A stretch of DNA of 64,000 nt. Origin: Tubiluchus corallicola (Eukaryota > Animalia > Priapulida). The position numbers and the translations under genes were made by a program. The notes under the pieces are model-generated. The model was not told the DNA's origin. It saw nothing but the letters and a program-made list of their open reading frames with translations, and ran no database searches. The DNA lies in the NCBI GenBank assembly GCA_030141605.1, contig JAQGDQ010000022.1, positions 372,001-436,000 on the forward strand, in the 5' to 3' direction. Shown piece after piece: positions 13,801 through 23,300 of this stretch (its first letter is position 1; each line of letters opens with the position of its first letter).

Positions 13801-16124
13801 GACCGAAGTTACGAAACTCAAAATAGTTTAAGTCCATTTACCAATTGTTGACTGAAATTAAGAAACACAAGTACAGGATAACATGCTTTACAAGCTGTGT
13901 GAACATAATGAATATAAACCAGCTGCTATACATACATACCGAAAATTTTTTAAATAAAAAGTTAATACACTTCATCTTCTATAACAGAAACTAAAATACT
14001 CCTTCTATTGCTATATGTAGGGTCTCTAAAATAACGTTTACAAATTCACCTACTTTTTAGAATGGTTTCTAGCTGCAGATTTTGTGCGCAAGATTGTGGG
14101 TCTCTGCTTCGGCATAGGCGGTTTGGGTCCTTTCTTCTGCACCGCCTCCTGTGGATGCAACGTAACTTCCGGCAGTGACCCGCGCCTTTCTCCAGATGGC
14201 TGCTTCTGGTTGGTAGCCAGTTTAGGAGGGGTTCTCGGGGGAGCATCATGACTCACATCCTCAAGGCTCCCGTGCATACTTTTCTGGGCCTGGTAAGTGG
14301 CTGGTTTGATAGGCCCCACATTTTCAAACATTGATAATCTATTTTGAAATGTTGATTGTCGCTGAGCTGGCAACGGTCTCTCTGGAGATGTAGAAAATGT
14401 CACCCAACTCATCTGTTCCATCGCCTCACGTTTGGGTGGAGGCGATTGCCCGTCTGTATCAATACCACTATCAGCATCAAATGATGAGGCAGGCGGAGAC
14501 TGCCTATACGTTGGTTTCTTTGGAATAGCTGGTTTTTGCACATTATGTCGAACAGTAATGGAATTACTCAGATCAAAACTCTGGCCAGAAAAAGTTGGTT
14601 TATTTGGTGGCAGTGGCGGTGGTTGATTGAGCAGTCCTGAATAACCAGCATTCATTTGTTGAATTCCGCAGTACACATTAGGAGCATCGATGCCACTGGC
14701 AATCTGCTTGGTACCGGTTGCTACTTTCTTAGCATCAACACCACTGGCTACTTGGCTAAAATTTATTCCTTTGATGATTTGACTCACTCCGTTGGCTACT
14801 TGTCCAGCATTGTTGACATTCATATTAACACCTCCCTGAGAATTTGGCTGGCATGTTATGCCACCTATCACTTGATCAAAACCCGACCCAACCCGTCTGC
14901 TGTCTATCCCACTAGTCACTCTATTAATGTCAATGCCGGATGCTATTTGCTGACTACCTTTTGAAACTTTGCTTGCATCGATGCCAGCCTGGACTTGTTG
15001 CATGCCGCCATATAGCTGATGCATGCTTGAAGCAGAATTATGAGCTGCTCTGGAACAGTCACCACTTGCAGATGTGCTACTTGGCAAAGGCAAAAGAGGT
15101 GGAGGCAAGGAAGTGTTATCTTTAACACCTAGTAGGTCGTCAGTAAAACTTTCATCGAGCAAATTCTGACTATGTATGCGAGGAGGTACGCGAGGTTTAT
15201 GTGGAGGCATGATGGGCTTTGGAGGGATAGACGACCTAGGTTTTGGAGAGACGGGAGGATGCCTAGTACTACTCATCTGGTTCTCTTGTGGTTGATCCAC
15301 AATTAGCACATCTTCGTATGGAGGTGGAGGCTGAAAAAATAACAAAAAAAATCAGTTCATCCAGTTACATTGCATATTACTGTTTCAAGTCTATTCAAAT
15401 ACATGTCACAGTATAATAAACATGTCTCACATCAAAAAATTGTCTCATTATGATGACTTAAAAATGAATTTCAAAAATCCATAATTCACATTCAGAGCCA
15501 ATAGTATGCATCCTATATTTTGTCATATGTAATTGAAAGTTTTTTAAAGCCTGTCAACCAAACAAAATTAAATGTATTAAAATGTGGGTTTCCCTGTAAT
15601 TTTAACATAATTTCACCATCAACAGATAGTACAACTGATCAGTTGCCTATAGCCTATAATAAGTATTTTGTTTAATTGAGTTATGCATGCATATTTTTTA
15701 TTAAGCATAAAACAAAGTATGTTCAGCATTTTAAGAAGAAGACTATGTGATGGAGCTCACAGGACATAATTACTCTGTAAATTTCAAAGCTGAGGCATGC
15801 CTAAATAAGTAATCACCTTAGTAAACTAAGAGGGGCAACTCAAACCCAGAGAACTTATAGTTTAAAATGAGTATCTGCTGCAAATGTAATTTTCAAGAAT
15901 GTTCTTTATTTCAGCCAATCATAACCAAGAAGACTTCACTTCAGTAAAGAATGAAAGCCCTAGTGATAAGAAATATGCAAATGCCACCACAAATGCATGC
16001 CCAAATCAGCAAATGTAACAGACTTTTAAGATACCTCATCTGAATATGGAGGTGGTCCTGGTGCAAGAGGCAACTTATAAAGCTCACTGATGGATCTTCC
16101 TGCAAAATTTCTGCGATTCGACAT
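7690..16124 (-). CDS. SH3D19: Multi-exon gene: SH3 domain-containing protein 19-like adaptor (~807 aa; Pro-rich N-terminus plus 4 SH3 domains). CDS = join(16124-16035,15330-14054,13756-13673,13201-13096,11989-11792,10461-10363,9845-9678,8873-8672,8131-8049,7806-7690)
   Basis: Ten exons joined by GT-AG introns with matching phases (0,2,2,0,0,0,0,1,0); 2424 nt = 808 codons with no internal stop. Four ALYDF...EL.F...W..G...G.FP..(F/Y/H)V SH3 signatures. Orthology to SH3D19 is inferred from domain architecture only. Confidence 0.85.
8049..8131 (-). CDS. SH3 adaptor coding exon 9: N-half of SH3 #4 (VRAIYDFHSGVEGDLSFK)
   Basis: Acceptor tttcaccccag, donor AAG|gtaagt, phase 1-0. Confidence 0.92.
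8672..8873 (-). CDS. SH3 adaptor coding exon 8: SH3 #3 (AVALFDFDAASPSEISL...DWLHG...GAFPVNFV)
   Basis: Overlaps ORF 8598..8855 in the same frame; acceptor gatag, donor C|gtaagt (phase 1). Confidence 0.92.
9151..9240 (+). repeat. Short dispersed repeat; second copy at ~10768-10870
   Basis: Both copies share aaatgaaaaagaaac..gcttttg.tgtttc.tt.tgaacataacttagaaaaca...aacttatct. Confidence 0.7.
9481..9597. repeat. Near-perfect inverted repeat, 56-bp arms and 5-nt loop, in SH3-gene intron 7
   Basis: 9481-9536 is the reverse complement of 9542-9597 except for pair 9519/9559. Confidence 0.97.
9678..9845 (-). CDS. SH3 adaptor coding exon 7: C-half of SH3 #2 (AGSAIEVTARINDDWLVG...GRFPANFI)
   Basis: Acceptor ttttcag, donor GAG|gtaatg, 56 codons. 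Confidence 0.92.
10363..10461 (-). CDS. SH3 adaptor coding exon 6: N-half of SH3 #2 (KYVKALYDFQGEPGELSFK)
   Basis: Tandem cagcag acceptor, donor AAG|gtattg, ALYDF motif. Confidence 0.9.
11792..11989 (-). CDS. SH3 adaptor coding exon 5: SH3 #1 (LTDPHCIALYDFKAEHSDELEF...DWFYG...GIFPKSHV)
   Basis: Acceptor ttttctag, donor GAG|gtacta, 66 codons, complete SH3 motif. Confidence 0.92.
13096..13201 (-). CDS. SH3 adaptor coding exon 4 (SSIELPSKSV...KKTTTQK)
   Basis: Acceptor aattccag, donor AAG|gtgtgc; phase 2-0 restores the frame into SH3 #1. Confidence 0.8.
13673..13756 (-). CDS. SH3 adaptor coding exon 3 (KPPPRPPNTYLKRKDSTRSTSSSGSSD)
   Basis: Acceptor tttttccag, donor AA|gtaagt, phase 2-2, open frame. 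Confidence 0.85.
13771..13870. repeat. Degenerate tandem duplication, period ~49 bp
   Basis: aaaata.tttaagtcca.ttac.aat.gt.gac.gaa.tta.gaaac occurs twice. Confidence 0.7.
14054..15330 (-). CDS. SH3 adaptor coding exon 2 (Pro-rich region and G[IV]D repeat block)
   Basis: Lies inside the 431-aa ORF 14050..15345; acceptor ttttttcag|CCT, donor AA|gtaggt (phase 2). Confidence 0.9.
16035..16124 (-). CDS. SH3 adaptor coding exon 1 (MSNRRNFAGRSISELYKLPLAPGPPPYSDE)
   Basis: ATG at 16124, 30 codons, donor GAG|gtatct; in frame with the next exon; PPPY motif. Confidence 0.7.
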
Positions 16125-19100
16125 AACTTGTAGCAGAAGAAATCATTCCTGGAATGATCACTTAAAATTAGACACTGTCAACATTTGCGACTAAGCGACT
16201 AATAACAAGATACATTTTAAAAGCAAGCTAAAACTTAGTACAGTAATCCCAGTAAAAGATAAGTGGTTAACTCTTTTTTATACAGTTCATCTGTATAAAG
16301 CTAGAATTGAGCACTCGATTCTAATGCTGAACTGGCAACTGTTATCTAGCAAAAACCTAGCTCATATCAAAGATAATCATCTAAGACAGAGGCACAAGAT
16401 CAGCAAAGGTGACTTAGCCACGTTTTAAGGCACATGCAGACAGTGAGTTAAAAAGTTGCGACAGTATGACTGATTAGGTGCCCAGAATTAGTGATTCATT
16501 CATTTACAAGCCATGCTCGCAGTTGCTCACCATTGCAGTTAAGCAAACATCGTTGCCAGTAACTACTCAGGTACTCTGCTCACCCCAAAATTCACATCAC
16601 ATTCTTATGTGAAAAGTCACTGTAAATTAATTTGCTGACTGCAAAATTAATCCAGAATGTGCACATATGCACAGAGCAAGAAATATGCTGTGTTACAAAA
16701 GTACATTCAAAATGCAGATTGACCTTTTCAAAAACCTTTACAAGGCTCTCGTGCAGCAGTTTGTAAAAGTTTTTGACAATTCTTCACTTTTCCAAGCAGT
16801 TAAACTTAGAATAATGCAGTCTGCAGGTAAACCAAGTTTTTTTAGCTCTCTTACTTAGACAAAATGCATACAATTTTAAGAGTAATCTTCACCCCACCGA
16901 ATTTTCAAGAATTCTTTACTATTACTGAAAAAAAATCTACCATGCAATAACTTTAAGGAATGCGGATTGACAAAAATGCTTATTTCATTTGTTAAACAAA
17001 ACCCTCTTCTGTCACGAAAAGCTAACAGTGGACCAATTTCACAGTTATAAAACCCTCAAAATACTCATTCTTAGTATCCTAAAAACATCAGAAGTCTTTA
17101 GCTTCATAACAAGACTTCGTAGGTGAACTCTACAATACGGAAACTTAAAGCGCTCCCCCAAAATCCTACAGCTGACAGCTTGTCGTCTCCCTAGTATTTT
17201 TAGGCTTGCTGAAATGAAATCTCTGATAACCGCCACACCAATTAAAAACTTGAAGTTACCATAAAAACACAACCTGACGCGCCACTACCTGTTCAAATTA
17301 TTACAAAAAGCGCGATAAAGATAAATTTCGATTTAATTTCACTGCAAGTTAAACCATTGTGTGGCAGGAAACTTCAGTAATAAATATAACAGCAGCACAC
17401 TAACAGGATGCTCGCACACAGCCAATCGAGCCGTGACATCCGGCAAGTTTGGGAAACTATAATCAACATAAATTACGAGGTCAAACAATTTACTACTACA
17501 TCACGCTACATCTCTATTACAGAAAAGTGATCCTTATTATGTATTACTACCACGTGTTTTTGACGAATTAATCGGATTTAATCCTACTAGTACTACAAAC
17601 GTAATCTAATCCCTACGAGGTAATCCGACAAATTAATACCACCTGTTTATTGCCGAGTGTTAGTACACGTTATTAAAAACTCGATTTATCGACAAATTCG
17701 AGTAAAAAATTGCAAGCTTCAGCCGTCATGACTCATGTAACGTAGAGAAGTTGACAATATCTAATCAAGTCAAAATGTTGCTGACGAATGCCTGTTTTTC
17801 GTATATAAAAATCACCAATACTGCATGTATACACAGACGTGTGCAGACGAAAATAATCTTGAATATTAACAACAACAACAATAATAACAACATAGTACAA
17901 CACCTAGTCGTGACACACGTTTGAACTTTCTCTCATATCACACTTCTTTCGTTTAATATGAACTCACCAGGCATTTTCCCATTGAAATGACTAAGCTACA
18001 CTAAAACCGATTGTGAAACGTTCAAAGGCACGACTATACTCACAAAACGAAGGTTAACCACTGAGAACAACAGTAATGGCTGTTCAGCTGCGAAACTATC
18101 AAACTGAACTCTGTTCTCTGAACCGTACAGATGAAAGCTCGTGAATCAGTCGAACCACTCACAGGCACTGACTAACTCCGATTACCTTATCAGTATTTGT
18201 TTATTGGCACCAGCTTGCTTTAGTGCTTATGCAACAAGGTCACATGCCGTGCGTCATTTTAATTAACCGTAATTAGTCATTAATTTCACAAATCAGTTTA
18301 ATGATATGTCAGGCGTGGAACTCAGGAAGTAACTACAGTTTGATAACATCAAATGACTAGCCAAGCTAAATATGAAACAGTATTCGTACTGGTGTTTACA
18401 GAGCGTGAAAATCTTTTAAAAATATCGTATGAAAGCAACTATCTCTCATTTCATCATACTATTAACTCAGCATAAATGTTATATCGCGGAAAATACAATC
18501 TACTGAAAACAGCAAAGAACAAAAAAGTGCACGGAAAGGAAGAGAACTAACAAGAACAACAAAACAAACTGGAACGGCACAGAATGGAATGGAATAAAAT
18601 GGAACAAACCACAGTAAAAGCTATTAAGAAGAAACAGTTCACTCCAAATTAGACTGAATTATGAGCAACACAGTAAAACTCCTCATATTTCAGTCACAGC
18701 AACAAAGAAATTCAATTTGGATTTGGTTATAAATTCAAAACTGTATTCAATTACACAGTTTTTTAAAGATGTCTAAATTTTTCAAAACTTTTGCAAGACA
18801 TGGTTTCATGTGAGAAGGCATCCCAGAGATTGGGCCACTAAAAATAAAAGATCGGCTTTGAATAGTGAATTTATACACCGGCTGGTGCGATAAATGTTCT
18901 TCGTTAGGTCTTATGTGACAGCCACTGGCACCATTTTTGTCACTCTATTGTGCATTATATAAAAGTAAAAATAGTTTTGCCAGGAATGCGAAATAAGTGT
19001 TGTCATTTACTTTATCCCAGCACGGCAGAGTTCATCACCTGTAGATAAAAATAATAAAAGGAAGATTATAAAACCTTTTCCATTCTAATTTTTAAGGCAA

Positions 19101-20199
19101 AGGATTTTTATCCACAATTTTTCTAACAAGGGTCCAAGTAGTTTGATTAAAACCAATGCTATTTTAATGCCTATCATTCGTGCTTAGAAATAATGATAAC
19201 GAACAGAAGGACAAACAAACGTTAATGATTTTTTATAAAAACGTGCAAAAATTATTTAATAGTAATTTCAAAATAATATTTCTATAAATCACTTACATGC
19301 ATACATATAACGAAAAATACAGTTAACCCCAACCCAGGTGTAATAGAAAAAGAGGAGAGGATAATTACCAAAGAAGAATTCGCTGCAGCTGCACTAATGG
19401 GCTATTATCAGGTCATGGTACCGTGGTTCCAGTTATCCAGGAACACACCTCCAAAACCAAGAAACCATACCGGAACAGTTTGCTGAGGCTCACGCATTAC
19501 AGACTCCACCAAACCAGAGGATTAGCCAGAAACAAAGATTCAGTATCTCCAAAACGTCTCTACTCCTGTACTCTAGGAGTCAGCAAATGGCAGAGGAAGC
19601 GAGAAAACTTCCTCGTTCTCAGACTCCGGTGGCAACCTCCTTAGGCATTTCCAAACTCCACTGGAAACTGGCAAATCTGGACGTCTGCACTTCTGCAACT
19701 CCACTAGCAACTGTCATGATCTACCTGGACAGATGACGTACACAACGAAGTTTCCTAGCTACTAGTAAAACTGCCAAAAAACCGTCTGGTCTCCTCTCTG
19801 ATAAATTTGATTACGATGAGAAGACAAAAACCACTTTGTTTGAGGCGACATCTCAAACTTGTTGCAACAAAATGTGCAGCTTCAAACGCAGCTCAAACCC
19901 GCAATGGCCGCAACAAGGAAAAATCACGGTTCAATGCTTTTCCAGGAGCACGAAAATTATCCTGTAACCATTCAAGACGTGTGGCAGGAAGATTGCCAAC
20001 AAGCTGGGAAAAGGGGAGAAGTATTAAAGGATGGGCAGGAATGAAACCCAAACATAAAACAGAAGTGAATATTTCATTTGGAGTACGAAAATGAACTTCA
20101 GCATAATTTTAATATGGATAATGACGTCTGTGATGTCACATCTTAGCCTACAGAATGACCTAATGACCTAAAGAAAGAAGCACAGATGCAATGTGGAGT

Positions 20200-20310
20200 A
20201 TCCATTACGTAATGCTTGGAATATGAGAGTTAAAATTTTAAAAATAATAGGGTATTTAACAGGTAACCAGTGCAGATAACTCAAGACATGCACAATGTGA
20301 TCAAACCAAT
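20200..20310 (-). mobile_element. L2/Crack-group LINE ORF2 fragment
   Basis: Translation FDHIVHVLSYLHWLPVKYPIIFKILTLIFQAL matches the DHITPVL..LHWLPV..RI.FKIL motif C-terminal to RT. Confidence 0.75.
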
Positions 20311-21172
20311 TGACCTTCATTATAAAATATGCAGGATTATGCATATGCATGTGCAGCTTAGCAACATTATAATTTTGTCGTTAAATGTTAAAACCACAAA
20401 ACAAATTATTTGCATAATCAAATTGAAGCTGTACCAGACTATGCACCAAATGACTGCAGATTATCTATTTAAGGGTTTCTAATCTGTCTTAAGATATATA
20501 CAGAGAACAAATTGCTTTCTCTGCACATTTCGTTTACATGTTTGCTAAAATTAAAATTTCTATCAAACCAAACACCAAGATCTTCACTTTTGACATAGCC
20601 GAAATTTTAACTTGTCAAGTTGAGGTTGTGTGCCTATGAAAATGGTCTTGCTGTCATGTGTACATTCGAAAAGTTATAAACAAACACATTGATAAATCAA
20701 CAAATGGAAGAAACATCACAATGAAATGGAATTATTGAAATCAATGTGTCTTTTTTGCAGTTACGCATGACATAAAATAACTCGACCATGTAAAATTGGT
20801 CAAGCCAGTGTGGCACATAACTCCTTTTATATTGTGCACATTATTATCTTGCAATTTAGGCAAGCATGCTGTTTTGCCTCTTGGGCACATATTTCTTTTG
20901 CTCCATAATCTGAAAGGTCTATTAATCTTAAGGAAGCCTTATTTAGTCAGTTAGTTCTGCTGCTTTGAATCTTTTTTCAAACAAGTCTCCCAAACTTCGT
21001 TATTTTGGAAATTGTACACGTCTTCCAAGTACAACGTAAGTTTATACATAATACATGTTTACATTTTTCATCCATTATTTTATCTGTCAAATTTACATCC
21101 GGCTTTCATTGCAAACATACAGAGGAACCTTTATTGCTTTAAATTTAAAATACAGAGCAGCTTTTGGGACTT

Positions 21173-21486
21173 GTAGTGATTGTAACTTTTTAGGCTAAAA
21201 TGCATTAATGAACTTTAGTTTTCATGTACAGGTTGTTCCAAAAGAAACACTGCAATAGAAATATTCCATTACCACTGACTTCTACATTATGACATCATAA
21301 TGATGTAAAAAAACAATTACATATTTCCATAATTCCAATTTTCTTATGCTGTGAAACTTGGTTTATACATATATTCCGATATGTAACTTCATATTCAGCA
21401 TATTTCTACTGCACTTTCAGCTGGAACACCCTGTACGACAAAACTGAAGCATTTGCATTTTTAGCCTAAAAAGTTATGGTCGCTAC
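21173..21486. mobile_element. Palindromic MITE with an inner Tc1/mariner-like TA-CAGG(G/T)TGTTCCA pair (21229-21433)
   Basis: Imperfect arms of ~90 bp: taactttttaggctaaaa, gtacagg.tgttcca, tgca.tagaaatat and their reverse complements. Confidence 0.75.
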
Positions 21487-21517
21487 TGTAAGTGCTACTA
21501 ACCTAGCTTTCCATTAA

Positions 21518-22181
21518 AGCACAAGATTACCCCACCACTTACATAAAGCTTAAAAATGTGTCTTGAAATTTTATACCACTTACATCTGCCTTTTTGCATA
21601 CAGGGCTTGTGTGGGCAGTAACACTGCATAAAACTTGTAAATTTAAACTCCCACGATGACTGTTAGATGCAGCTAGATGATAAGTCATTTGAAACAACTT
21701 CAAATAACACTGAGGAAAGTTTGAAAAAATAATCAGAGCATTCGTAGCGCACATGTCACTAACATTTAAAATTACTGTATGTTGTCAATAAGATTAAAAA
21801 TGCGTTTTTTGGTTAGTGAGTGGTGCACACTGGAGACGAGTCAGTGACATTTTACCAAATGGTGAAAACAGTTTAAATAATTAATAATTTTCTTTTCTAG
21901 TTACATGAGTCTTTCAAGCTGGCAAGTGAAATGTTAAGTAATATAACTTTGCCTGGAAATTTTTTTGGGACATAGTCAAACATTCCTTTTCTTCCCTTGA
22001 TTTACGTTGCGCGTATATGGTGTTAAGTAATGGCATGGTCGGAACAGTATTATGGGAGGTTTAAAATAAAAACAAACAAAAAATTCTTTCAACACAAGTA
22101 CGATATACATATAAAATTGCTATAAAGTAATTTTTAAGGTGATTTTTCTCAAACCTACTTCAGGTACCCCCTTTTTGTCCT
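21518..22181. mobile_element. Non-autonomous TTAA-flanked (Kolobok-like) element, copy 1
   Basis: ttaa|AGCACAA ... TTGTCCT|ttga; collinear with 34411-35006. Confidence 0.8.
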
Positions 22182-22199
22182 TTGACATCTTGCGAGACT

Positions 22200-23300
22200 A
22201 GCAGTTATCAAATTCAATTGTCATTTCTCAGCCTGGCTTATTCTGACCTGACATGCAAAAACTAGAACCTAATAAATCTGAATATTTGTTAATGATACAC
22301 ACAGCATTTCAAATTGTTATCTACATTATTTACAATGTGTATTTGTTAATGGGTCATTGCTTTGTCACTCTGACATAGTGGCCTTACCATTGGAATGATT
22401 CACATCAACTATGATAGACTAAGAAGTTTTTAGCAAATACTGAGCAAACTGATGACAATTTCTGAGGTAGAAGTTCTTGTACAAGTCGTTGAGGTATTCG
22501 TTGCATGTCCAGTAACAGAACTGGAGAGACCTGGCTACTATTCTTGTTGATGGGTTAGTTGAAATCCTGGAATCAATAACGTTACAAGGAACGCCATTTT
22601 CAATGTAAACTAACATACACGATAGAATATTGAAGCTAGCACCTGCAGAAATAGAATTTGACATTCTGTCTCTACAAAGTCTAACTGTAAATAAGCTACT
22701 CTGACTACTGGTACGAGCTTTATAAATTCAGAATTATAAAGACACGTTGGTGTGACTCCTTTAGATCATCAGCAAAAACTGACACGTCTAGGTTGCTTTG
22801 GGTTAGTATCAAGTTGCTGTGTTCATTTTAACTGCTGTATCGAGTTCAGCATTGGAAGCTCTATGCTTGCATTCATCGTATTGGATTTTTTTCTTGCTGA
22901 GCTGAAGGACTGTCTAGTCATGCTTAATATAGAGGTTTTTAAATTTAGTAATTTTCAAAGCTTTCTTTGCTGAGCTCTTACTTTTGTAGATTTCAGTGTT
23001 CGTGAATATTTCAACTGCAGTAGTATTTTGGGGCCATTCACTTTTTTTCTTATGTGATGTACCTTAGTGCATGGTTCACATAGTACCGTGCACTTTATAA
23101 CACCTAAAATTTCTTGTCTATTATCTATTTCATTTTTCTGCTAAGATAAACCAAACAATAAACAGTTCTCTCTTCTGGATGGATAAGAATTTCATCGGGC
23201 TCCTTTTTTATGATTTCCATTAAGATCTCACGATTAGCCACATCTTCAAGCAACTTATTTGAAGCTAATATTCACTCACTTTCAAAGGCATTTAATACTA
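22200..23300 (-). mobile_element. Heavily decayed CR1-like LINE (ORF1 end and endonuclease start)
   Basis: Residual motifs FKNLYIKHD*T (ORF1 C-terminus, cf. YINEDLT), LCRDR...LVYIENGVP (APE FRKDR..GGV..YI) and IIVDVN (cf. IIGDFN). Confidence 0.45.

Noticed and set aside
14432-15128. Several short ORFs overlapping the large SH3-gene exon (similar cases at 32759-33438 over SLC26)
   Set aside because: Antisense or off-frame shadows of real coding exons.
17960-18050. Minus-strand donor-like sites (gtgagt) as 5' UTR exons of the SH3 gene
   Set aside because: Plausible, but non-coding exons cannot be delimited without transcript data.
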